A DNA stretch of 63,038 bases, filler included, from Pseudomonadota bacterium (GCA_043820105.1; 5 parts of 5 records of this genome joined end to end with filler, not necessarily neighbours in it), one strand, 5' to 3'. Positions 9,048 through 19,289 are shown, numbered from the whole stretch's first letter. The notes: generated from the letters alone by a model not told the origin. Numbers and translations: made by a program.

Positions 9048-11327
9048 TTACCAAACCTTAAAAATCCCAATATTACTTGATTCATAAAAAACTGATAAGG
9101 TTCCATCATTAAAGAAATAAGGGCTAATGCTTGCTGACCAGCTTATTTCTGATTCAAGTTCCCATGGTGTTGTGCTTACTTCTGATCCATTTGCGATGCC
9201 TAAAATTATATTTGGCCTGGTTCCTGCTTCTTCTGTTAAAGTATTCCATAATTGATATCCAACTGCAAAGCGACCGTCCCTTGCGCCTTCAACTTGTATT
9301 TCCCAATATCCTCGTTCATTTCGTTGATATGAAGTAACATCTGTCAGAGTTGTAAGTGTTTGGGAAGCCCCGATTTGATTGCCCTCTGTATCAAAGATTT
9401 TTATTCTTATTTCGGCAGTTTCGTTTCCCATATCGTAGCAGTAGGCGAGAATAAAATATTTGTCATAGATAATTCCAAGATCATTACCTATTTTTACCAT
9501 AGAATTTGCTGATGACTCTACCTGTTGTGTAGTCCATGAAATGATTTCACCAGAATCATTTAGCTTGCCAATTGTGAGTGCCTGGTCCTCTGAATATTCC
9601 ACTGCTCCCCCGACAAAGGCAAAGGTCTTGTCATCTGTAAGTTCAATGGCTTCAACCCAAAGTGCATTTTCTCCCATTTCTATTGTTTTTGTATCATTTA
9701 TTACACCTGTTTGTGTATTAAAATACACATATTTTTTTTCGTGATCATTGGAAAGCATTAAGCCATCACCATTATTATTAACCGCGATCTTTTGAATAAA
9801 TTCAGTTGTAGTAAACTCTTTTTCATTTTTAAGGTCTAATGCATAGTCAGTGATTACCAGACGGTCATTTAGAGCTCCACCACTATCAACAATTATTGCT
9901 ATATTGCTTCCGTCTGAAGCAACATCTGCTGGGTATTCAGTATTATTTACTGGTGCTATAGGCACTGTTCCATTTGAAAGAAGTTGTCCTGCTTTTGAAA
10001 AGGCCATCATATAAATTGAGCCGGAAGTATCATTGCCATCGCCAGATTCATATATTAATCCTACACCCTGGGTACCATATTTAACAGACTTGGTTCTTGT
10101 AACATCTTCATAAATAAAATTATTTACATCCAATGAATCATAAGATAATGTTATAGATTCTTCTTCTTCAGGAAAATCAGCAATTAAATAAATCTCAGGT
10201 GTCCAGTATGAAGTATTTCCACTATTATCAACAACTACAATTGTTGGTCTTATTATTCCCGTCTGGCCTTGTGGATCGACCGTTATTGTTGCAAAGCCTT
10301 CTATTTCGCCTGTTTCAGCAACAGTTACGATTCCATAATCATCATTGATATCATAAAAACTTATGTCTGAGGCATTTGGATCATATGCAGAAACTTCAAG
10401 CTCGTAAGTATCATTACTTAAAACTGTTATTTTTGCATTATCTCTTCTGCAGGCTGTTGTAAAATCAGGACCAGCATCTGGATCAACGCCTTCGAAATCA
10501 GCTTCTTCGGAAAATTCTTCGGATGTAAAATACTTTTCTTCATCAGCAACTGTCAAGGTTCCAAAGTCAATGGTGGTGTTTTCTGATATATTATCACTAA
10601 CATTAAAAAAGCTTTCATACGAGTCAGAATTTATATAAGCAAAATCACCAAGGTGTATTTTTACCAGACTAGTATTTTCAATAGCATAGGCAAAAACTGA
10701 AAGAACAATGATGTTTCCCTGCACTTTTTCAAGGCTTGTTGTAATATCAAACTGCTCATTTGAATCAAGAAACATGGAATATTTGTAAATCACTTCATTT
10801 AAAGTATCAAATGCAAGGATATCTACTGAAATTAAAGTTGTAGTATCTATTGTTGAAAACTTGAAGCTAGAAGAGGCTTTTAAGTCAATTTCTGATAAAG
10901 TTTGATTAGTTGAGATACTAAATCCAGCACTTGTTGCATCATTTCTTGTTATTATGTCATTTCTTGAAATTATGTCAGATCTTACAATAATTGAAGCAAT
11001 GTCTATGCCTCCTGAAAAATAAACAGGATCTTCAATTGCTGTAGATGGAGTCTGACTTTCATCAATTATTGTTAAACTATTATTTGAGCTTTCACTTGTG
11101 TCAGGACTCGAAGATTCATTTCCTGACGTTTCTGATGATTCATCATTAGCCGTTTCTTCTGAAGAATCATCCTGTCCGCTTTCACTTGTTTCATCAGTAC
11201 CTGTTGAATTATTTCTTGGATTATCACCTGAATCATCAAAACATGAAAGAAAAGAAAAAAGGAAAAATATCAAAAGAATCTTAAATATTAAGCTCTTATC
11301 CAGGATGTTCAATTGATGTTCCCCCAC
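9048..11327 (-). CDS. large acidic beta-rich lipoprotein of unknown function
   Basis: FLSC lipobox, Ser/Glu linker, IIxRxD repeats, beta-strand-rich C-terminal half. Confidence 0.8.
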   Translation of the reverse strand: MGEHQLNILDKSLIFKILLIFFLFSFLSCFDDSGDNPRNNSTGTDETSESGQDDSSEETANDESSETSGNESSSPDTSESSNNSLTIIDESQTPSTAIEDPVYFSGGIDIASIIVRSDIISRNDIITRNDATSAGFSISTNQTLSEIDLKASSSFKFSTIDTTTLISVDILAFDTLNEVIYKYSMFLDSNEQFDITTSLEKVQGNIIVLSVFAYAIENTSLVKIHLGDFAYINSDSYESFFNVSDNISENTTIDFGTLTVADEEKYFTSEEFSEEADFEGVDPDAGPDFTTACRRDNAKITVLSNDTYELEVSAYDPNASDISFYDINDDYGIVTVAETGEIEGFATITVDPQGQTGIIRPTIVVVDNSGNTSYWTPEIYLIADFPEEEESITLSYDSLDVNNFIYEDVTRTKSVKYGTQGVGLIYESGDGNDTSGSIYMMAFSKAGQLLSNGTVPIAPVNNTEYPADVASDGSNIAIIVDSGGALNDRLVITDYALDLKNEKEFTTTEFIQKIAVNNNGDGLMLSNDHEKKYVYFNTQTGVINDTKTIEMGENALWVEAIELTDDKTFAFVGGAVEYSEDQALTIGKLNDSGEIISWTTQQVESSANSMVKIGNDLGIIYDKYFILAYCYDMGNETAEIRIKIFDTEGNQIGASQTLTTLTDVTSYQRNERGYWEIQVEGARDGRFAVGYQLWNTLTEEAGTRPNIILGIANGSEVSTTPWELESEISWSASISPYFFNDGTLSVFYESSNIGIFKVW

Positions 11328-11530
11328 CTTTTTAAGTTTATTACTTATTATAGCATATTAATACAATTAATTGAAGTGCTTTTTATCACTTGCTGCAATT
11401 CAGACAGCTATGTTTCTGATAATTTGAATAAATATATTGAATATGATATAATAAAAAAATCTGTCAAAGTAAGTAGAAAATCAATAAGTAAGGTTTTGTA
11501 AAACATAATCCCGTAAAGGGGGGGGGCAAA

Positions 11531-11797
11531 ATGAAAAAGAAACTAAAAATACCAGCACTTATAATAGCAATAGCTACATTATTAATGGCTTTATCATTAG
11601 GAATCGTTGGCTTTTGTGGTGGGAAAGATGAGGCAAGCCAGCCAGAAAACTCAAATTCACAAAATAATCTTTCTGAGATGATGATTAAAGCAAATATTAT
11701 TAATCCTGCACAAAGCCTTTCCCAAGAAGCTAAATATACTGTAATGAAGAGCATTTTATCGATAGTGCCTCAAAAGAGATTCGAGCTTAAAATATAG
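11531..11797 (+). CDS. small exported hypothetical protein
   Basis: G-rich RBS, basic N-terminus followed by a hydrophobic helix. Confidence 0.55.
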   Translation: MKKKLKIPALIIAIATLLMALSLGIVGFCGGKDEASQPENSNSQNNLSEMMIKANIINPAQSLSQEAKYTVMKSILSIVPQKRFELKI

Positions 11798-11883
11798 GCA
11801 AATGGCATTATCGATAAAATTTATTGAACTAAGCCGACTGAGGCAAGGGACATTGAATTATCTATTATATGGGGATAGTATTA

Positions 11884-11983
11884 NNNNNNNNNNNNNNNNN
11901 NNNNNNNNNNNNNNNNNNNNNNNNNNNTTAATTAATTAANNNNNNNNNNNNNNNNNNNNNNNNNNNNNNNNNNNNNNNNNNNN
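11884..11983. other. artificial contig linker
   Basis: N44-TTAATTAATTAA-N44 (stops in six frames). Confidence 0.98.
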
Positions 11984-12264
11984 TGAATTTGATGGCTAAT
12001 AAAGCCCTGACGTTCGACTTTTTTGCAATCTTCGACATAATGTCCAACTGCTGTTATACGACTTTTCTCGCCTAACCCTTCTCGTCGGTAAAATAGATTT
12101 TCTGGCAAATATAGCCTTGTTTTATGCGGAGTGAACTTGCGTAAGCGTGCTTTCCTCCGCCTTACTATATAAGTGGATGCACATATTTATATATCTTGTC
12201 CTTTTTTTACGACTTCTCTCGCCGATAATTTTGTATTTATTTGAGGGTGGTCAATTGGGGGAAC

Positions 12265-13110
12265 TCACAAAGATTTAATTTGTCTAATAAAGGAAGAATA
12301 ATCTTTTGTTATTCCATGAATTAACAGAGGTTGTACTGTATAAAAAGCTCCACCTCCAAAAAATCCTGTAAGTATAGCACCATAAATTAGGATATAAGGA
12401 ATATTATAGGGGTCAGTTGCACCAAAGGATATAATTCCAATAGTAGTCGAAAAAACATATGCACCAATCATTGCTATTCCTGCCATGTTTTTCGCTCCTT
12501 TTCTGGATATCTTAAAAATTCTCTTTTCCACTGCTTTTTGTTCAATTAATTCATTTTTAAATGATGATAGATAAGGTATAAGTGTTTCTGATGAAGGGTT
12601 TGCTAAAAATGAACTTTCTAGGTTTAATCTATTTTCAATGAGAGCATAATTATCATAGAATTTAACAACAACTTCTTTCCACATTTGATAAATATCAATG
12701 GAGTTTATCATTAAAGTTAGTGCTTCAGGATTTATAACCAAACTTCCCTTGGATGCTTTTGAAAATCTTGTTTCCTTGTAAGTTTTTTTTAATTCACTAC
12801 GGATTTCTTTAAGTTTTCTCTTATCAATTGAATTTAAAATATTTAGTGTTTCTTTTTTTGAGTCTTTTAAGACATTCATTAATCTTCTTTCATTACGATT
12901 ACAAAAGGACAAGACTTTATTTCCATCACTATTTAAGGCTAATTTTATGCTTTCTTCTGATATTTGTTTACTTCTAACTAAGGATATTAGTGAGTTAAGG
13001 GCAGATATTCTTTTTCTTAATAATTTTCTTCTAAGCTCTAAAGATTGCATAAGTTTTTTGTTTAAATTAGAAACTCTAGTTGCTTCTTCCTTTGCTTCAG
13101 TTTTATCCAT
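12265..13110 (-). CDS. hypothetical membrane protein (archaeal-like contig)
   Basis: coiled N-terminus, two C-terminal TM helices; AAAAAAC-TTATATA about 25 nt upstream of ATG. Confidence 0.75.
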   Translation of the reverse strand: MDKTEAKEEATRVSNLNKKLMQSLELRRKLLRKRISALNSLISLVRSKQISEESIKLALNSDGNKVLSFCNRNERRLMNVLKDSKKETLNILNSIDKRKLKEIRSELKKTYKETRFSKASKGSLVINPEALTLMINSIDIYQMWKEVVVKFYDNYALIENRLNLESSFLANPSSETLIPYLSSFKNELIEQKAVEKRIFKISRKGAKNMAGIAMIGAYVFSTTIGIISFGATDPYNIPYILIYGAILTGFFGGGAFYTVQPLLIHGITKDYSSFIRQIKSL

Positions 13111-13200
13111 AGGAAGTTATAGGAGAATATTATATATAAGTTTTTTGTTACCTTTTTTGTATCCAAACCATATTTTTATAATGGCAAACTCATAGCTGTT

Positions 13201-13386
13201 ATGAAGACACGGATGCTTACGGTGAAAATAACTCCAGAACAGGAGCAGATTCTGATTGCAAGGGCAAGATCTGCTGGATTCTTGAAAAAGTCTGATTATG
13301 TCAGGTTTAGCTTGTTTATGTCAATGCCCATGGAAGAAAGGATAAAGGAAATTCACAAAAGGATATGTGAAAATGGAAGAAACTGA
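13201..13386 (+). CDS. ribbon-helix-helix (CopG/MobC-like) protein
   Basis: TRMLTVKITPEQEQILIARARSAGF.KKSDYVR strand-helix-helix pattern. Confidence 0.7.
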   Translation: MKTRMLTVKITPEQEQILIARARSAGFLKKSDYVRFSLFMSMPMEERIKEIHKRICENGRN

Positions 13387-13567
13387 ATATGAAATTATGA
13401 GATCTGAAAGAAGGAGTTTTACCTGTCCTAATAAATTATGGAAGGAAATCAAGAAGCAGACTAATGAATGTTTTTCTGTGTCACATTACATAAGGATGGC
13501 TATAATTGAAAAATTGAAAAGGGAAAATCCAGGAAAGGATACTTATTTTGATGGGCTGGTTGAGTAA
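13373..13567 (+). CDS. ribbon-helix-helix protein
   Basis: RRSFTCPNKLWKEIK..SVSHYIRMAIIEKL; overlaps the preceding RHH gene. Confidence 0.7.
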   Translation: MEETEYEIMRSERRSFTCPNKLWKEIKKQTNECFSVSHYIRMAIIEKLKRENPGKDTYFDGLVE

Positions 13568-13635
13568 TTATATAGGTTATGGGGTTTTGTTATACTATTT
13601 TTTTGTCCGTTTCTGCGAAAATGGACTGTATTTTA

Positions 13636-14829
13636 CTAGAATAATCTATTGTATAGAGATTTTAAAAAATTAAAGGCTTGGTTCAGCCAAAATTCTTCTT
13701 CTTCATTTTCTTCTAATCCTTCCTCTTCTTCACAACCATAAATATTTCTTTCAATAATATCATCTTCACCAATAACATCAATAATACCAAATTGATCACA
13801 ATAGTATTCTTTCAATTCATCTTTTTCTATTTCAACTTGAACAATGAAGTCAATTGTTTTATTTATAATATCTGGATCTGCATTTTCTAGTTCTTCAAAA
13901 TACTCTTCGTTTTCACTAATGATTAGATTTATGTTATCACATATCCTTAAGCTGTTTTCATCAATTACACCATTAACAGCCTCTCCCGTCAATTGAGGAT
14001 AAACTCTTCCATAACAAGACTCTAAGAAATCCTCTAAAGGAACACCTTCAATATTTATTTCACTTTCATTTGAACATTCAATATACAATTCTTCTAATTC
14101 AGTTTCATTAAAATAAAGAGTTTCTCCTAAATATTCTTCCATTTCATCAATAAATTGTTCATAATTTAAGTCAGAATAGCTCACCCCACCAGCATCACCA
14201 TATTTCACAATATCATTACATTTTACATTAAATCCATTATGTTTAAAAAACAACCCTTCTGTATATTGGTAATATCCAAGAAAATATTCTTCATATACTC
14301 TTTCCTCTATGGATTTATTCATATCAGGACATCCATCTTCAGAACATTCACTAGGATAAACATTAAAATAAGCATTTAATACAAGATCAGGAAGATTGTT
14401 ATAATCATTAAAATAAATAAAAATTGCTATATTATCATTTCTCCACATTAAACCTTCTTCACCACTTCTTGCATATTTAAAAACATAATTACCATCAAGA
14501 TTTAAGAATTCATTTCCTCCATCATCTATCCTTTGTGTTATCCAATTAGTTTGATGATTTCTTCCATATTCTGTATCTTCAAATACTATAACTTGAACCT
14601 TAATTCGATCTTCTTCAGTTTTTTCATAAACAACATTATAAATCAAATGAGACAAATTTATATCACTTAACTCTGGTTCCCAATCTGTTACTCTCATTTC
14701 TGTATATTCATAGTCTCCATAATCACTTTCTAGTAAATTTAAATCCACAGAAGCAGATACAAAAACCATATAGCTCAAAATAACTACCAAACACATGATT
14801 AATAACTTTTTTGAAATTATTTTTCTCAT
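13636..14829 (-). CDS. acidic secreted hypothetical protein (archaeal-like contig)
   Basis: signal peptide; amphipathic C-terminus FWLNQAFNFLKSLYNRLF; upstream AAAG-TTTAAG box. Confidence 0.75.
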   Translation of the reverse strand: MRKIISKKLLIMCLVVILSYMVFVSASVDLNLLESDYGDYEYTEMRVTDWEPELSDINLSHLIYNVVYEKTEEDRIKVQVIVFEDTEYGRNHQTNWITQRIDDGGNEFLNLDGNYVFKYARSGEEGLMWRNDNIAIFIYFNDYNNLPDLVLNAYFNVYPSECSEDGCPDMNKSIEERVYEEYFLGYYQYTEGLFFKHNGFNVKCNDIVKYGDAGGVSYSDLNYEQFIDEMEEYLGETLYFNETELEELYIECSNESEINIEGVPLEDFLESCYGRVYPQLTGEAVNGVIDENSLRICDNINLIISENEEYFEELENADPDIINKTIDFIVQVEIEKDELKEYYCDQFGIIDVIGEDDIIERNIYGCEEEEGLEENEEEEFWLNQAFNFLKSLYNRLF

Positions 14830-14865
14830 ATTTATATTATAACATTAAAGATTACTTAAACTTTT

Positions 14866-15096
14866 CTATGGCTTCAATTCTCCAATCAACTCCCTACATC
14901 TTCTCCTCAAGGTAGCCTCAATCACGTGAGTTGCATTACTAACCTCTCTTTGAGGCCTGAAATCATTATTCAATTTAGTAGCCAAATAAATGATACATGA
15001 AGCAATTGTTCGAGCCTGCCATCCTGACACGACATGATTGCCTTCAAGTTTATTCAAAATCTCATAAGCCCTTGTTATCGTGCTCTGCTTCAGCAT
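14866..15096 (-). CDS. TFB/TFIIB C-terminal cyclin repeat plus HTH (fragment or stand-alone)
   Basis: SGWQARTIASCIIYLA..RPQREVSNATHVIEATLRRRCREL matches the archaeal TFB second repeat. Confidence 0.75.
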   Translation of the reverse strand: MLKQSTITRAYEILNKLEGNHVVSGWQARTIASCIIYLATKLNNDFRPQREVSNATHVIEATLRRRCRELIGELKP

Positions 15097-15166
15097 TGAA
15101 TTGATAGAATGGAGTCAAAGCTTCAACTTTCCCCTAATAATTTCTACTTCATCAGCACTAATCTTT

Positions 15167-15266
15167 NNNNNNNNNNNNNNNNNNNNNNNNNNNNNNNNNN
15201 NNNNNNNNNNTTAATTAATTAANNNNNNNNNNNNNNNNNNNNNNNNNNNNNNNNNNNNNNNNNNNN
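15167..15266. other. artificial contig linker
   Basis: N44-TTAATTAATTAA-N44. Confidence 0.98.
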
Positions 15267-15385
15267 TTATAGTGGGAATACAATAAGCCTTTAATAATAA
15301 AATATTTTTATTGCTTGAATAAGGAGTGTGGGCATTAGCTTTTTGAAAAAGAGGTTTTGTAATGTTTTTTATGTGCCCGATCTAT

Positions 15386-15544
15386 TGTTTAGGTATTCAA
15401 ATTGGAGATGATCCTTAAATAAAATTAAAAACTTTTTGCGACTGAATAGGGAGGCTCTAGCATTTGCTTTTTGAAAAATAGTTTTCGGAGGGCTTTTTTA
15501 TATACTTGGTTTAATGTTTAGGTATTCAAATTGGAGATGATCCT
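15386..15544 (+). repeat. two perfect 30-bp direct repeats
   Basis: TGTTTAGGTATTCAAATTGGAGATGATCCT at 15386-15415 and 15515-15544. Confidence 0.9.
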
Positions 15545-15583
15545 AATTTATACTAACTAAATAGTATAGAACTATGAAATCAC

Positions 15584-17398
15584 CTATTTCGGCTTTGCTT
15601 TTCCAATTTCTTCTGCTGTACGAACTTTTGCCCTTTCCAATCTTTTTCTAGCTAGTTCAGCAGGATCATAAGGATGTTCGCCAGAACGCTGCTCTGGCAT
15701 AACAAATCTTGTGGCATCTCGCGTACTTGCACTAATATCAACATCAGAAGGTCTTTCAGTATCTGGCAAACTTATTTCAGCTCTTTCGGGTCGCTCATGT
15801 TGCTCAGCTTCTTGTCTTAGTCTCAAAGCTGCTTCAGTTTTTAAATCCGCTTCCCTAGGTGCTTGCTCTGTCACCATCTCTACTGAAGGCAAATCCTCAG
15901 AACCAATAATTGACAAAACATTTTCCCTTGCACCTAGAATTGGATGAATATCTCTACTTGAAAGATCAAACCCAGTCATTCGAAATTTGGCTTCTCTCAT
16001 TGTCTGCAAATCCATCCACTGTCCAAGTGAAATTTCTCCGGTTTCCAAAGGAATCCTTAAAAGCTTTGCTTTTAAGGAAATCGTTTGATCAAGATCTTCA
16101 AAGTGTTTTAAAATTTCAATGATTTTTCTTTTTAATATATCCTTTTCTTCCCATTGTACTTCTATTACATCTGGATTTACTCTCAGAACTACTGTAATTT
16201 TTCCATCAAGTAAATAAGTTTCAATCAAATGCACTGCTTCACATTTCAATACTTGATCACCATATAAAGTAGCTGCTTCAAGTAAAAAAACAAAACTTTC
16301 ACTTAAACTATCCATTGTTTGCCTAAAATGCTCAGGAAATTCTCTTTGATAAACGGCCATTATGCTTGATAATTCTAACAAGTTAAAGTTTACAGTCGAG
16401 TAAGATATTTGCCCAATTCCTTTATAAGTTAACTCAAATTCTTCTGGAAGTGGAGGTGCTTCCTTACGAGCAATTCTCACAAGGTTTCTTTTTCTAGCCC
16501 CGTCTTGTCCTAGCTCGACTCTTTCTCTTTGGCCCTGAAGGCTAATAGCCAGTCTCCAATAAACATCAGCCTCCAAATAGCTAAACTCTGCTGCATAAAC
16601 CTTTTTCTTAAATTCAGGAACAGCAAGTTTAGGTTCAAGGGCTATCCTGATTCTTGCAGCTCCAACAGTTTCAGGATGTTTTAGTTTTAATTTGTTTTCA
16701 AGTGCTCTGGCACTAGCTATTTGGATTGCTTCAAACCGTGAGTCAAGGCTTTGAATTAAGGCATCAATAACAAAGGCCTCATCAAAATACCAAGCATATA
16801 AAAAATCAGCAGCTATTAACTTTGCTTTTAATTCATACTCATCAACATCAACAGCTTGTCTTGATTCAGGTAAAGACCAGACACCAGCTCTTTGAGCTAT
16901 ACCAGTCAAGGTATACCATGAAGCCTTGCCACTAACAAGGTCTTTAAAAACTAAAAGCTCAGCCTCAGTAGTTATCAATATCCGTGAAGCCACCTTAGCA
17001 GCTGACCTTGACAGAGAAAAACCATTTTCATTAAGAGCCCATAAAACTAAAGCTGATCTCCATAAATCTCCACTTTTACCTGATTTGCTTAAATATTCAG
17101 TAATCAACTTACTTTTGTCAATCCAAGTTCTATCAGTCAAAACCAATAAGCATTTTTTATAAAGCTCCATTTCAACTGGATTATAAATATCTAACCTTCC
17201 TGCTAAATCAATAATTGCACTAACTTCATATAGCTCAGGATCAGTTACAGTATCATAAGCAGCAATGGCAGCAAATTTTTCTTCAATCGTGCTATCAGGA
17301 TCAAGAAGATTTTCGTAGTGATCTATTGTATTTATTACAGCGCTGGCTAAAACTTGAAAAAATAAGAATAAACATAGGATTATCTTTATAGCTTTCAT
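15584..17398 (-). CDS. secreted alpha-helical (HEAT-like) hypothetical protein, paralog of the neighbour
   Basis: signal peptide MKAIKIILCLFLFFQVLASA, GAGG RBS; alignable end to end with 17409-19175. Confidence 0.8.
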   Translation of the reverse strand: MKAIKIILCLFLFFQVLASAVINTIDHYENLLDPDSTIEEKFAAIAAYDTVTDPELYEVSAIIDLAGRLDIYNPVEMELYKKCLLVLTDRTWIDKSKLITEYLSKSGKSGDLWRSALVLWALNENGFSLSRSAAKVASRILITTEAELLVFKDLVSGKASWYTLTGIAQRAGVWSLPESRQAVDVDEYELKAKLIAADFLYAWYFDEAFVIDALIQSLDSRFEAIQIASARALENKLKLKHPETVGAARIRIALEPKLAVPEFKKKVYAAEFSYLEADVYWRLAISLQGQRERVELGQDGARKRNLVRIARKEAPPLPEEFELTYKGIGQISYSTVNFNLLELSSIMAVYQREFPEHFRQTMDSLSESFVFLLEAATLYGDQVLKCEAVHLIETYLLDGKITVVLRVNPDVIEVQWEEKDILKRKIIEILKHFEDLDQTISLKAKLLRIPLETGEISLGQWMDLQTMREAKFRMTGFDLSSRDIHPILGARENVLSIIGSEDLPSVEMVTEQAPREADLKTEAALRLRQEAEQHERPERAEISLPDTERPSDVDISASTRDATRFVMPEQRSGEHPYDPAELARKRLERAKVRTAEEIGKAKPK

Positions 17399-17408
17399 TT
17401 TTTCCTCT

Positions 17409-19175
17409 CTATTTTTTTCTAACACTTTCTATTTCTTCTCCTACCCTTTTTTTTGCTTGAAGTCTTGCCCTACTTCTTGCAACAGGATCAAATGCAAAAT
17501 CACCTGGCTCTTTATTTAAATCCAGTCTTCTTGCTTCTTTTGTTGCATCACTTATATCAACCTCTGATGACCCGGGAGGCCTCGGAAGTTCAAGATCTTC
17601 AGTATCTATTCTTTCTGAAACAATATCAGCTTCTTCCACTACAATTTCAGTGGATTCATTTCCAGTCACTTCCATAACTCGTGGAATTTCCTGGTCAATA
17701 AAACTGGGTCTATTAACAGGAGAAGACCTTTGACTATTATGTAAATCCGTTTGCCATAGTAAAAATGACTCTCTTAAAGCTAAATACTGACTAAATTCTG
17801 TTATTGTAAGAAATTCAGCGGCAAGGGGCCAATGCATGAGTCTTGCTTTTGTACTTATAGTTTCATCGGAATGATGAGTTAATCTTTCTAATACTTCCAG
17901 TATTTTGCTTTTAATAGGTGTGCGCTCTTCCCAAATAAATCTAACTTTTAAAGAAGACGGCTTATTTGATCTCACTTCCGGAGATGAAGCCAAATCACCC
18001 TCAATTTTTAACTCAACAAGATCATAAAGAAAATAAAGATCAATTATATTTAAAACAGCAGAATTTACGTCCCGTCCTCCAAACTGGGTGGCAACATCAA
18101 AGACCACTGCCAGTGATTCAATAAAAGGCAAAGATAAGGTCTGTCTTAATATTTCAGGATTTAAATCATGAATATTTCCCATTAATCGATTTATTAAAGC
18201 AAGTTCTGATAAAATCGTTCTATTAGGATCTTTAAGAACTCTATCCATAGTTTCCAAAACAGAATTTCGCCAGAATTCTAAAACTTCACCTTCTGAATTT
18301 GGTCGAATTTTTTCAAGTTGACTTGCTAATTCATTTATAACTTTTTGGGAAACTTGCAAAGCGCAAGCTTCATAAACTCGCCTGGCAAAAACAGGATCAG
18401 CTAAAGCTTCATCTAAAGCCATTGCTGAAAAAGCTTCTAATCCAGAAGGCTCATATCTTCTTTCTAAGAGGGCAGCAGCAGAAGCCAGCCTGACAGAAGG
18501 ATAAGGGCTTTTCATAGTTTTAACCAGCAAAAATTGAACCCTCTGAGATTCAATGGTCTCATTTGAAAGATATTGAACAACATTTCTTAAAGCTCTTTCA
18601 TAATGATTTTTTAACCTCTCGTGATCCTGAATATTTAATTCCGTACTTTCTAAAACACTATATGCCAATGCTTTTATTCCTGCCCAGGAAAAATAAGATG
18701 GTCTCTCAACTAGAGCATCAGAAAATTCTTTCATAGCAACATCATCAGCTCTAATAATATCTTCTGCTCTTTGTAAAACGTCTTCTCGAAATCCAACATC
18801 TTTTGATAGTTTTACTAAAACGATAGAAGACCTATGTAGGTCAGCACTATTTAAATGCCTAACTAAATACTCAGAAACTAGTGCTTGCTCTAAGTATTTA
18901 GTAGTAACCATTAAGTTTAAAATTCTTTCATAAACATCTCTTTCCCAAGCCACATATATGTTCATTCGTTGAGCAGCAACTAATATTGCACTTACACCTT
19001 CATGAGTTGGTGAATCCTGAGCTTGAAAAAACTCTATTGCTTCAAAAAGCTCAGCTTGACCACTTAGAGGGTTAATTAGCCTTTCAATATGCTCACCTTC
19101 AGTTTTTTCAGCAAATAATGCAGAAATAGATAAAATATAAATAAACATAAAACACAACATGATCTTTTTCATCAC
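17409..19175 (-). CDS. secreted alpha-helical (HEAT-like) hypothetical protein, paralog of the neighbour
   Basis: signal peptide ending ALFA; KSPYPSVRLASAAAL HEAT-like motif; shared C-terminus. Confidence 0.8.
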   Translation of the reverse strand: MMKKIMLCFMFIYILSISALFAEKTEGEHIERLINPLSGQAELFEAIEFFQAQDSPTHEGVSAILVAAQRMNIYVAWERDVYERILNLMVTTKYLEQALVSEYLVRHLNSADLHRSSIVLVKLSKDVGFREDVLQRAEDIIRADDVAMKEFSDALVERPSYFSWAGIKALAYSVLESTELNIQDHERLKNHYERALRNVVQYLSNETIESQRVQFLLVKTMKSPYPSVRLASAAALLERRYEPSGLEAFSAMALDEALADPVFARRVYEACALQVSQKVINELASQLEKIRPNSEGEVLEFWRNSVLETMDRVLKDPNRTILSELALINRLMGNIHDLNPEILRQTLSLPFIESLAVVFDVATQFGGRDVNSAVLNIIDLYFLYDLVELKIEGDLASSPEVRSNKPSSLKVRFIWEERTPIKSKILEVLERLTHHSDETISTKARLMHWPLAAEFLTITEFSQYLALRESFLLWQTDLHNSQRSSPVNRPSFIDQEIPRVMEVTGNESTEIVVEEADIVSERIDTEDLELPRPPGSSEVDISDATKEARRLDLNKEPGDFAFDPVARSRARLQAKKRVGEEIESVRKK

Positions 19176-19289
19176 TCAAATCCCTATCATTTTTAGATAA
19201 AATATGTTTTTGATTGTTTTTCTATATGCTGGGATAAATTTGGTTTGAACTTATCACCTATATAATATGATACGTCATGTCAATGGAAA

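Noticed and set aside
11884-11983. TTAATTAATTAA palindrome as a biological motif (also at 15167, 45298, 49465)
   Set aside because: Centred in identical N runs; an artificial linker, so adjacency across it is meaningless
12140-12175. RNase P RNA (GAGGAAAG on the minus strand)
   Set aside because: Lacks the following TCC and the other conserved RNase P segments
15386-15544. CRISPR mini-array or 16S 3' end (AGGATCATCTCC on the minus strand)
   Set aside because: Only two repeats with a 99-bp gap; no other rRNA sequence
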